In this document: positions 1-8,591 of the stretch, in pieces | How positions within the stretch are numbered: the first letter of the stretch is position 1 | Layout of the letters: each line of letters opens with the position of its first letter | Assembly (NCBI GenBank): GCA_038246075.1 | Contig: JBBRRV010000004.1 | Span: 1-54,009, forward strand | Source of the DNA: Bacteroidales bacterium | GTDB taxonomy: Bacteria; Bacteroidota; Bacteroidia; Bacteroidales; DASVHX01 | Length of the DNA stretch: 54,009 bases | Reading direction: 5' to 3' | Notes under the pieces: generated by a model | Database searches by the model: none | What the model saw: only the letters and a program-made list of their open reading frames with translations | Told to the model about the DNA's origin: nothing | Position numbers and translations under genes: made by a program

Positions 1-546
1 ATTGTATGCAAAAGGAAGTTGATACGTCAGGAAGTCGGCAGGATCGAATCCGCGGGATATCCATCCACCAGGTGTAAACTCCATGGTCGCATTCTGGAGA
101 TTGATGAGGACCTTGTCAGGATTTTTAGGAGGAGCAGGCAGATAGGCATCGCTAAGGAATTGCTTGAGCAGCTTATCTTTAAATTCATAAAACCGCACGT
201 CATAATCAGGAAAACTCATTTTAACGGATGCTCTGCCGAGAAAATGTTTCATGTCCTCATTATCGAGCTGCTGCCAGAAAGCACCATTGTACACATAGGT
301 ATAGTCATAGACCTTAGCCAGGTTCCAATGCCTAATGGCAGCAAACTCAAGTAAATGCTTTACAACAGCAACTATGATATGCTTCTGCCGTGTTTCGACA
401 TCTTCGGGAAGTTCCAGGAAATCACGAATTATGATAGGCGCGATTTCATCAAGCAGGCTGTTTAGGACATCGAGATGGTTTTTGCGACCTTCGAAGGCAG
501 CAAGCTTGGCGGGGGTGATGATGAGTGATTTCTTTATTTGATCCAT
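1..546 (-). CDS. Phage/plasmid P4-family primase (D5_N-type), N-terminal part, truncated by window edge; absent from ORF track
   Basis: Manual translation from ATG at 546 is open to base 1: MDQIKKSLII...YVYNGAFWQQL...VLINLQNATMEF...FDPADFLTYQLPFAYN, typical D5_N motifs. Confidence 0.8.
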   Translation of the reverse strand, partial: MDQIKKSLIITPAKLAAFEGRKNHLDVLNSLLDEIAPIIIRDFLELPEDVETRQKHIIVAVVKHLLEFAAIRHWNLAKVYDYTYVYNGAFWQQLDNEDMKHFLGRASVKMSFPDYDVRFYEFKDKLLKQFLSDAYLPAPPKNPDKVLINLQNATMEFTPGGWISRGFDPADFLTYQLPFAYN

Positions 547-725
547 AAGGCTTCCTCCTCCTTTGCTGTGAGATACAATTGAATCATGTTCCTTACACCG
601 AAATGTTGCCGAATTATACGAAGATATTCGGAGGTGTCAGTCGTAGCTTTGTTGTTGTCATTTAGTTTATCGAAGGGGCTGTTACTGTGAGAGGTGGTGG
701 CCCCGGGTGCTTTTATGGGTTTCAT
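534..725 (-). CDS. Small hypothetical protein of the element
   Basis: 63 aa; overlaps the excisionase stop (ATGA) and the primase start, implying translational coupling. Confidence 0.5.
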   Translation of the reverse strand: MKPIKAPGATTSHSNSPFDKLNDNNKATTDTSEYLRIIRQHFGVRNMIQLYLTAKEEEALWIK

Positions 726-1072
726 TTGGCGCCTCCTCTCTTCATAAGGGTAGGACGGGAATTTTCGGCGATTTCCTGGCGTGTTAAACGACGACCGTCC
801 TCAAGCCATTTTATAAGGATGGCTTTGGAAAAATAAACGCGCTTCTGGCGCTTCATACATGGAATTTCCTTACGGCAGATGAGTCCGTAAATTGTTTGGG
901 TAGCTAACCCAAGAAATTGGGCAGCTTCGGGGACGGTGAGGAATTTGTCGGGTTGGTCTGACTGTGGATCAAGATCATCTTTTTGTTGAAGAAATTGTTT
1001 TATCCAGTTTACATCTTTCCGGAGGTCAGATACCTCGGAAGGGAGATCATTGAAAGAGGGGATTTTTTCCAT
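722..1072 (-). CDS. Excisionase-like helix-turn-helix protein (HTH_17/AlpA-like)
   Basis: FLTVPEAAQFLGLATQTIYGLICRKEIPCMKRQKRVYFSK..L.KWL is the typical Bacteroidota xis HTH pattern. Confidence 0.88.
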   Translation of the reverse strand: MEKIPSFNDLPSEVSDLRKDVNWIKQFLQQKDDLDPQSDQPDKFLTVPEAAQFLGLATQTIYGLICRKEIPCMKRQKRVYFSKAILIKWLEDGRRLTRQEIAENSRPTLMKRGGAK

Positions 1073-1193
1073 AACTTATTTTACTTGGTTTATGGTGTCC
1101 AAGATAGATCGGGGCAGTATCACAAAACAAATAGAAAATAAATTATAATTAGCTAAATATCAATAATATAAGAAATTATTGATAAAGAAATAA

Positions 1194-1230
1194 TATCACA
1201 AATATCACTAGTGACTATCACAAATATCAC
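1194..1230. promoter_or_regulatory. Direct repeats upstream of the excisionase operon
   Basis: TATCACAAATATCAC at 1194-1208 and 1216-1230 (22-bp period); another TATCACAAA at 1118-1126. Confidence 0.6.
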
Positions 1231-1245
1231 AAGTAATAGATATTG

Positions 1246-3408
1246 CTATTCTTTTTTAGATCGATTTCGTGCACATGTTATTTGATTGCGCACATTCCTT
1301 GGTGGACCGATTTTTAAATTATCGCAATTTAAGTTTTGTGATACTAGTATAATCTCAATCACAAGCTTTGTTCTAAATTTAAATTTTTCCATTATTGATA
1401 GGATAGCATCGTAGAAGGGTTCATTCAAATTTATCTGAAACATGACTGTGTTCCCAGGTATCTCAGATGAGTTGAGTAAAGCCAAAAAACAAGCCTTCAG
1501 GTAATCTCTAAACGAATGGTCAATACAATAAACAATTTTTTTATGTTTTCCAGAAGGATATTTAGCAATTGTGAGTGGATCTAACGTATCAAATATAAAC
1601 TGTTCATTAGTGACACGCTCGGATTCAATTTCAGGGGAAAGAATATTTGGAATGCCAGAATCAGACCCAACAATTGGTATTGAGTCCATAAGTACCGGTT
1701 GAAGAGTAATAAAAATTTCCGTTTTTAAGAAATGAGCGATTTCTTGACAGAAACCCTTTAGATGTATATCACTTAAATATGTATCCAAGTTATAGTTGTA
1801 ATCATCGGGATTGAATTTAACACCAACTTTATTGCGTGTGCTTGGCAAGATAAAGTATATGATGAATTGATAGGATGAGAGAATAGAGGGGCAGCTTTCA
1901 AGAATTACGTTCACCTTATTATATATATTTTCCAAAATTGGGAACAATTCATTTTTGGGGAGTAGCTCTCTATACTTGATCTCCCTTGTTTTTGTTATAA
2001 AGTTTGAAGGTACTAATGCAGGCGAGGAGGATTTAACATAGAATTCCTGTTTGAAATCTGCTGATAATTCAAGATCTTGTCTACTTTGCGAGTCTAACGG
2101 GTCTGGAAATTCAAATAATTTAGTTTTAGCAAATTTTAGATATCCCTCAACATCCTGAATAAAATTGATATATTCAGAAATCAGAAAATCTTTTGATAAA
2201 TCCGAGGGATGGTTCGATACAACCGGTTTTACTTCTTTTATTAATACAGATGGATTTGATTTGGTTTCATCGCGTGGAACAGCATTTATAGAGGATTTTA
2301 TTTTTTTTATTTTTTCAGGGAATAAGACAGATTTGAGAAATTCATGAATATTTGATGCTCTTACGGCCAAGTCATTGCTAGACAGACACTCAAATTCTTC
2401 AGGATATATAGAATCACCGGGAAAATAAATGATTGAGCCCTTGACGTAATCAATATAAAGCGTAATCGTCCTGTCCCAGGTTGTATATTGTATGTGTTTG
2501 GAAAAAAGTTCGTTAATAGCGATGGTTGTTTCAAAAAGTGGCCTGAGAAGTGCCTTAGGCCCCTTAAGCGATTTAGAACCCTTGACTAATGAAGAAATAT
2601 TCTGTTTGAATGTTACCAAGTCCAAAAAGTTATGAGAACGGCTGAAGGCATATTCAAACTGCGTATTCCGGATTTCAGAAATACCGAGACTATCGGCAAG
2701 GGGATAATCAATATCCGGATTTAGTTGGAGTTCAAAGATTTTTCTTACAAAATCAATAAAGGCTTCTGTTTTTATGGGATATGATATAGTTTCTGATGTG
2801 GAAATTTCTGAATGTAGATTATGATAATTGTGACCATTCATATTTTCGTTGGCATTCGTAAATTCCTGTATGCCAAGTCTATCCTCAAGTATTGTTTTAA
2901 TATGCGTTGAATACTTGACAAAATCAAAATTTGAGTAATCGTGAAAATCCGAATCAATCGAATCCTCCAGAAAATTACCCCATTCTAAATTTACATGATT
3001 AAATTGCAGAATTAATTTATGATTAGGTTTGCGAATTATCTGATCATTAGATAGTTCACTGATATAGTTTGCCAAGGAATAAATTTTATTGAACATTAAT
3101 TTAAGGTTGTCTATTGGCACACCTTGATTAAGCATATTTATAATCCTGTGCTCACAGGTACTGAAATCTAATATGTCTTTATCGATTTTAAGCTGATAAG
3201 AAAATATAGTTCCTTTTTTGTACTCGATTAGGAAACCTTGCTTTTTTAAATATTCTGATTTTGGGAAAAACTGAACATCTATATAAATGCGAATGAATTT
3301 TAAATAAAATTCAATTGCTTTGATAAAATGAGAATCATCAAGTTGAATAAAGGGCTTCAGGCTGTGATTCTGACCCGGGACATCTGACAAGACAACAATA
3401 TCATCCAT
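1246..3408 (-). CDS. Hypothetical 720-aa element protein with three internal ~150-aa repeats
   Basis: Long AT-rich ORF between integrase and excisionase; no recognised family. Confidence 0.8.
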   Translation of the reverse strand: MDDIVVLSDVPGQNHSLKPFIQLDDSHFIKAIEFYLKFIRIYIDVQFFPKSEYLKKQGFLIEYKKGTIFSYQLKIDKDILDFSTCEHRIINMLNQGVPIDNLKLMFNKIYSLANYISELSNDQIIRKPNHKLILQFNHVNLEWGNFLEDSIDSDFHDYSNFDFVKYSTHIKTILEDRLGIQEFTNANENMNGHNYHNLHSEISTSETISYPIKTEAFIDFVRKIFELQLNPDIDYPLADSLGISEIRNTQFEYAFSRSHNFLDLVTFKQNISSLVKGSKSLKGPKALLRPLFETTIAINELFSKHIQYTTWDRTITLYIDYVKGSIIYFPGDSIYPEEFECLSSNDLAVRASNIHEFLKSVLFPEKIKKIKSSINAVPRDETKSNPSVLIKEVKPVVSNHPSDLSKDFLISEYINFIQDVEGYLKFAKTKLFEFPDPLDSQSRQDLELSADFKQEFYVKSSSPALVPSNFITKTREIKYRELLPKNELFPILENIYNKVNVILESCPSILSSYQFIIYFILPSTRNKVGVKFNPDDYNYNLDTYLSDIHLKGFCQEIAHFLKTEIFITLQPVLMDSIPIVGSDSGIPNILSPEIESERVTNEQFIFDTLDPLTIAKYPSGKHKKIVYCIDHSFRDYLKACFLALLNSSEIPGNTVMFQINLNEPFYDAILSIMEKFKFRTKLVIEIILVSQNLNCDNLKIGPPRNVRNQITCARNRSKKE

Positions 3409-3452
3409 GATTAAATGGCATTAATGAACAGCTAATGTAAGGCATTTAATAA

Positions 3453-4715
3453 TCATTTGAATTTGAGCAGATTCAGAGCCATCTTCTTTTTCGTGTCCAT
3501 TTCGAAGCTGGCCAGGTAGTTTTCGGTGGTTGCCAGGTCGCTATGGCCAAGACTCTCACTAATAAACTCTGTGGAAGCACCGGAGCGTTTCATAACGGAA
3601 GCAAAACTGTGACGTGCAGTATAGGTGGTAACATCCATTTTGATTTTTGCTGCATTAGCAATACGCTTTACATATTTATTAGTTGTTTTGGTTGCTTGCT
3701 GAACGAGTTTCCTTTCCTCTCCTGGCGTTACTCTTTCGTGTAGTATCGGGAAGATAAATGTTTCTTCAGTTAAAGGCTTGTTACCCCAGGTTTTGATGAT
3801 AGCCAGAATTTCGGGTGTGAGTGGAACAACAATCTTCTTTTGATTATTACGCTGAAGACGGATTGTCTTTGAACGGCTAAAGGTTATGGATTCGCGATCC
3901 ATATTTTTGTACTTCAAGCGTGCAATATCCTTCATATTAATACCATTACACAGGTAACTGAATACCCAGAGATCACGGGCACGCTGCTCAGAACTGCCCT
4001 TTTCAAGTTTAAGGTTGTAGATTTTACCGACTTCGGCAACAGTGAGCGCCTTTTTAACATTCTGCCCGGTGGGTATTTCAAATTTATACCTGCCAAATGG
4101 ATATTCTTCCTGTTTCAATAAACCAGCAACAATTGCTTTATTAAGGATAGTCCGGAGATTTCGGCAATATATGCCGATTGTTGCATCAGCTACTCCATTC
4201 TGCCTCATCCAAGATTCCCATAGTTTTAAAAATGAGACGTTAATGTCGCTGAATGTGAGAGATTGTATGTTTATAGACTTCGTATAATTCTGAAGAGAAG
4301 TGAGTGCACATTTATAAAGACTGGATGTGCCAACACTACCCAGTTTTGTAAGTTCAGCCATGTAAGATTCAAAAGCTGAGAACAAGGCCTTGTTCTCAAC
4401 GCTAGGGCTAAAGCAATTTTTCTCGAATGCTTCAAAAGAAAATACCTGAAGGTCGGTAATTACTTGCCTGGCATCCGTCTCTACCTGGTTGATTAGGAAC
4501 TTATAATCAGAGAATGGTTTCCGTGGCTTATCGAGTTTCGTTTTAGCAAATTCCACTTCTGACATGGCTGCCGGAACACCTGGAATAATGATGGTGTAAA
4601 ATTGTTGTTTCCTTTTATGGGTAATCATCAATTTTAATTTGTAGATTTGCTTAATGTTAGGCCAACGGGTTTCGAGGATAACATAAGCAGTGGCGGGGGT
4701 TTGGTTCTTTTCCAT
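3453..4715 (-). CDS. Tyrosine recombinase/integrase (Bacteroidota type with arm-binding and SAM-like domains)
   Basis: C-terminal TTYTARHSFA and LGHSDLATTENY motifs, RSKT lysine; ARDLWVFSYLCNGIN box I. Confidence 0.95.
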   Translation of the reverse strand: MEKNQTPATAYVILETRWPNIKQIYKLKLMITHKRKQQFYTIIIPGVPAAMSEVEFAKTKLDKPRKPFSDYKFLINQVETDARQVITDLQVFSFEAFEKNCFSPSVENKALFSAFESYMAELTKLGSVGTSSLYKCALTSLQNYTKSINIQSLTFSDINVSFLKLWESWMRQNGVADATIGIYCRNLRTILNKAIVAGLLKQEEYPFGRYKFEIPTGQNVKKALTVAEVGKIYNLKLEKGSSEQRARDLWVFSYLCNGINMKDIARLKYKNMDRESITFSRSKTIRLQRNNQKKIVVPLTPEILAIIKTWGNKPLTEETFIFPILHERVTPGEERKLVQQATKTTNKYVKRIANAAKIKMDVTTYTARHSFASVMKRSGASTEFISESLGHSDLATTENYLASFEMDTKKKMALNLLKFK

Positions 4716-4727
4716 GTTATCATATTT

Positions 4728-4750
4728 ACAACATACAATTCAACATACAA
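4728..4750. repeat. Tandem direct repeat CAACATACAA x2, possible integrase arm-type sites
   Basis: acaacatacaattcaacatacaaat between the integrase start and the att core. Confidence 0.4.
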
Positions 4751-4858
4751 ATATAGTCAAAAAGCGAATATAAAGATAAAAAATGAAAAAATAGATTTAC
4801 GTAAAATATTGATATACTGAAAGATGAAATAAATGAATAAGCAATGATATGAAAAAAA

Positions 4859-4907
4859 ATCAGCTTCCCAAGCTGAGGGTCGAGGGTTCGAATCCCTTTT
4901 TCCGCTC
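4859..4907 (+). pseudogene. 3' fragment of tRNA-Gly(CCC) = attachment site
   Basis: TCAGC-TTCCCAA-GCTGA anticodon arm, GAGGG-TTCGAAT-CCCTT T-arm, TTTCCGC-T acceptor 3' strand; no D-arm or 5' acceptor strand upstream (A-rich sequence instead). Confidence 0.88.
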
Positions 4908-4916
4908 CTGATAATC

Positions 4917-4952
4917 AGAGACTTACAGATTAATATCTGTAAGTCTCTTTTT
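4917..4952 (+). terminator. Hairpin/terminator after tRNA fragment
   Basis: AGAGACTTACAGAT-TAAT-ATCTGTAAGTCTCT perfect 14-bp stem followed by a T run. Confidence 0.7.
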
Positions 4953-5186
4953 ATTTTCACCAAAAATTACACCACAAAATATCGATTTAAACAGATTATT
5001 TACAATTTTTATCATTTTTCAGAAAAGAATTTGATCGTGAATTTATATAAATGCAATATCTGTGCAAGTTTTTCTTCTTTCACCGCGGGTTGAGGAAATG
5101 GTTGGGGGAGAGTGGGCTGTTGTGGGACATACTGCTGGGTATGTGTCACAAAATCACAGTTGTTATCATGGCCGACATATTTAACT

Positions 5187-6017
5187 TCAGCTTATTGCAA
5201 GAAAGTCGGGATTGAGCAGGGATTTCTTATTATAGCTTAACGGAATACCTTTTTTGGCTTCCACAACCTTGCCGCCGGTCTGTTCGATTATGGCATGGCC
5301 TGCTGCGGTATCCCATTCCATCGTTGGTCCAAACCGGGGATACACCTGGCAGGATCCATCCGCCACGGCACATAGTTTGAGTGAACTTCCCTGTGTGACA
5401 ATGTGTAATTGGGGATGCAGTTTTTTTTGCTTTTCAATAAATTTTTTAGTTTCAGCATTCATCTGCGAGCGGCTGGCCTGAATCACAAACTGCTTTTTAT
5501 CGCTGAATAAGGGTAGTTTTTTTGATCCTGCAATGATGTCAGCGACAGATAACACCGGCTTATCTTCATGCAGGTCAATACGCGTGTAAAATGATCCTAA
5601 CGCAGACATACCGAAATACAAGACTCCTGTCGCCGGGGCATACACTACACCTAACACAGGTTTTTGTTCTAATATGAGGGCTATATTAACCGTAAATTCA
5701 TCACTGCGGCGTACAAATTCCTTGGTGCCATCAAGCGGATCAACCATCCAGAGCATTTTCCAGAACTGCCTTCGGGCATAGTCTTCGCTTGCAGATTCTT
5801 CGCTGATCACCGGAATTCCTGTTGCAGCAAGGTGTTTATGGATAATTTTATCCGCAGTTGTATCGGCGAGTGTTAGTGGACTCAGGTCACGCTTGTATTT
5901 TATTTCAAAATTGGTATTGTATATTTTCATGATGGCCTCGCCGGCTGAAAAGGCTGCTTCCAGTGCAATACTTAATAAATCATTGTTTGGATATACAGGC
6001 GCATCATTTACTTGCAT
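5187..6017 (-). CDS. cysQ: 3'(2'),5'-bisphosphate nucleotidase
   Basis: SPLTLAD, ISEE, WMVDPLDGTKEF, GSSLK, YPRFGPTMEWDTAAG motifs. Confidence 0.95.
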   Translation of the reverse strand: MQVNDAPVYPNNDLLSIALEAAFSAGEAIMKIYNTNFEIKYKRDLSPLTLADTTADKIIHKHLAATGIPVISEESASEDYARRQFWKMLWMVDPLDGTKEFVRRSDEFTVNIALILEQKPVLGVVYAPATGVLYFGMSALGSFYTRIDLHEDKPVLSVADIIAGSKKLPLFSDKKQFVIQASRSQMNAETKKFIEKQKKLHPQLHIVTQGSSLKLCAVADGSCQVYPRFGPTMEWDTAAGHAIIEQTGGKVVEAKKGIPLSYNKKSLLNPDFLAIS

Positions 6018-6021
6018 CAGT

Positions 6022-8172
6022 CTAATTTTTTTTTAAAGCAATGGAAGTGTAATGTCCCCACTTTGAGATAATGTTGCGGATGTCGTCGATGACGATCGGT
6101 TTACTGATGTAGTCGTCCATGCCGCAGTCCAGGCATTCCTGTTCAGCACCACTCATCGTGTTAGCCGTCATAGCAATGATAAGTGGCTGAGGTTTGCTTT
6201 TTTGGGCACGTATGGTTGATGTTGTTTCATATCCATCCATCAGGGGCATCTGCATATCCATCATGATCAGATCGTATTTCGTTTTATCGATGCACTCCAG
6301 TACTTCAATTCCGTCAGATGCCAGATCAACTGCGTAGCCGATAATCTTAAAGACCTTTAGCATAATGCGCTGGTTGACTACATTGTCATCTGCTACCAAT
6401 ATCCGCATGGGATAGATGCTGGACAGCTTTTTATCTGCGATGGCATCATTACATTTTAATTCAACTTTGGGCAAAGCAGGATGAAACATAAAAATTTTAC
6501 CAATAACTTCAACGAGATCTGAGAGTTTTACGGGGCTGGTGACTGTATATTCAACCGGGCTGGTATTTTCATGTGTGTGCTGGACGAAACCCGAAGGTGT
6601 TATCATTAAGAGAGGAGCGGAATTGCCATTGTTGTTATCACGCAATGCAGTTATGATATGAGGCTCAGTTTCATCCATTTTTTGCTTGCTGATAACCAGC
6701 AGATCTATGGAGTTGCTTTTTACCTTTTGCTTTGCCTCTTCCAGGTCGCTGATGCACACAGGGTTCATTCCCCAATGCCTGAACTGTCTGGCCATAAAAT
6801 GGGCGGAAGTGACTTCCGAGAGTGCAATGAGTACATTCTTGGCGGGAAGAGCTGAATCCGGGAAGTGTACCACATTTTTGCCTTCCTGATGTTCAGCAAC
6901 TTTTGAGTGAAAGGAGAAATGAAAGGTAGATCCTTCGCCCTGCATGCTTTCTGCTATAATTCCGCCCTGCATCAAGCCTGCCAGGCGTGCCGAAATGATC
7001 AGGCCAAGTGCAGAACTGTTGTAAGTACTGGCAGTTGACGAATCTGAATGATTAAGATGGCCAGATAAATCTTCAAGCTGGCTTGCCGACATGCCGTTGC
7101 CTGTATCCTTCACACTGATGCAGATATCCATGTCCTTGCCTTTATCCGTTACCCGTTCAACAGTCACTACAATTTCGCCCGAATCCGTAAACTTGATGGC
7201 ATTACCGATCAGGTTGATCAAAACCTGCTTCACGCGGGCCTTATCGCCCAGAATGTTTGTATTTAAGGTTGGATCAATAAAATAATGAATACCCAGTTTT
7301 TTTTCATACGCGCTGTGCGAAAGCAATTCGACTACATCTTCCATGAGCAGTCTGAGGTCATAGGTATTTTCCTCAATAATTAATTTTCCGGATTCAATTT
7401 TAGAATAATCGAGCATGTCACTCAAAGTAGCCATCATGGTTTCATTGCATGTCTCCAAAATGTGAACATACTGATGCTGGCTGGGTGTGAGATTTGTCTG
7501 GGCGAGCAATTCGGTCATTCCAATTACACCGTTCATCGGCGTGCGGATTTTATGGCTCAGCGATGTCATGAAATCAAATTTGGCCCGGTTGGCATCCTTG
7601 GCAATGTGTAAGGCGTCTGCCAGTACCTCACTGTTCTTTTGCTGATGAAGTGCGCCACCAAGTATAACACTTAGATTTTTAAGATTTTTTTCCGAATTTT
7701 TGTCCCAGCCAGTCAATTGATTTTGCTGCACCAGTAAAAGAGCTCCCCAAAAAACATTCGTGGCAAAAACCGGAATTACCAGCATTTGCATCTTGTATAG
7801 CGGATGGTCAGCATGGCGCATGGTTGTCAGCAGGTTCCCTGCAATTTCCTTTACCGTATTACCCTTGGACAGTTGATCAATATGACGCTCCAGGTTCAGA
7901 TCCTCGGTGAATTCATTGATGGCATCGGATTGATCCGAAATCTTCGTAAAGTCGGAATGTGCAAACAACTTAAATTCGGTGGATCCGTTACTGTCTTTTT
8001 TCTTAAATCCGAAAAGCAATAGATGATCTATTTCGAAGGTCTGAGAAATCTTGTCCAGGACAATCTCCAGCGCGCTTCCAAAATCGCTGCCGTTTAGCAG
8101 TATCGCGGTGGATTCTGTTATTGACGTCAATTCTTTATTTCGTTTTAGAAGCTCCTTGTCAGTTGGAATCAT
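6022..8172 (-). CDS. Hybrid sensor histidine kinase/response regulator (GAF-like, HisKA, HATPase, degenerate REC, REC)
   Basis: SHKIRTPMNGVIG, QVLINLIGNAIKFT, DTGNGM; C-terminal VADDN...DMQMPLMDG...SKP receiver. Confidence 0.92.
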   Translation of the reverse strand: MIPTDKELLKRNKELTSITESTAILLNGSDFGSALEIVLDKISQTFEIDHLLLFGFKKKDSNGSTEFKLFAHSDFTKISDQSDAINEFTEDLNLERHIDQLSKGNTVKEIAGNLLTTMRHADHPLYKMQMLVIPVFATNVFWGALLLVQQNQLTGWDKNSEKNLKNLSVILGGALHQQKNSEVLADALHIAKDANRAKFDFMTSLSHKIRTPMNGVIGMTELLAQTNLTPSQHQYVHILETCNETMMATLSDMLDYSKIESGKLIIEENTYDLRLLMEDVVELLSHSAYEKKLGIHYFIDPTLNTNILGDKARVKQVLINLIGNAIKFTDSGEIVVTVERVTDKGKDMDICISVKDTGNGMSASQLEDLSGHLNHSDSSTASTYNSSALGLIISARLAGLMQGGIIAESMQGEGSTFHFSFHSKVAEHQEGKNVVHFPDSALPAKNVLIALSEVTSAHFMARQFRHWGMNPVCISDLEEAKQKVKSNSIDLLVISKQKMDETEPHIITALRDNNNGNSAPLLMITPSGFVQHTHENTSPVEYTVTSPVKLSDLVEVIGKIFMFHPALPKVELKCNDAIADKKLSSIYPMRILVADDNVVNQRIMLKVFKIIGYAVDLASDGIEVLECIDKTKYDLIMMDMQMPLMDGYETTSTIRAQKSKPQPLIIAMTANTMSGAEQECLDCGMDDYISKPIVIDDIRNIISKWGHYTSIALKKN

Positions 8173-8591
8173 TGTAGTGGTTGGTATTAAGCATGGGTTG
8201 AGTTGTCTGTAAATCGGAAAGTATATCGATAATGATCCGCTATTTAATTGTACAATATTGTTGCAATGTGTTTAGCTTAGATTTCCTGTCGATAATTTGT
8301 ATTTAACTGAATTTAATATATATACGAATATTATTTTATTTCATGATCCGGATACTTACTATGCCTGTTCATGCAAAAAATAAATCTGCTATTTATTATT
8401 AATGGTTTCTTATCCAATAGGTAATATTGGCAGCTATTTCAATGCAATTAATTTGTTTTTTGACGCCGGTTGCAGAATCATAAACCGGGGAGTCGGCAAA
8501 GCCAGAATCGCTATGCTCATTATGCGGGCACACGCAAAAGCGCCGGGCCAGCATAAATAAAAATTTACTGTCAATGGCAGGAGAGAAGCCT

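Larger units (their letters stand above)
1..4907. mobile_element. Right end of a tRNA-Gly-targeted integrative (mobilizable/satellite-like) element, running off the left edge
   Basis: Co-oriented minus-strand integrase, orphan, HTH excisionase and P4-type primase; AT-rich cargo; bounded by a tRNA-Gly 3' fragment next to the integrase start. Confidence 0.88.

Noticed and set aside
19-541. Plus-strand ORFs 19-354 and 335-541
   Set aside because: Antisense shadows of the minus-strand primase frame
1246-3408. Named anti-phage defence gene
   Set aside because: No recognisable TIR, SIR2, HEPN, PD-(D/E)xK, P-loop or RT motif by eye; left as unknown
4830-4907. Complete tRNA-Gly gene
   Set aside because: No 5' acceptor strand or D-arm; upstream is A-rich element sequence, so only a 3' fragment is present
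4757-4963. 68-aa ORF
   Set aside because: Antisense translation of the tRNA fragment (RDSNPRP signature) and AT-rich att region
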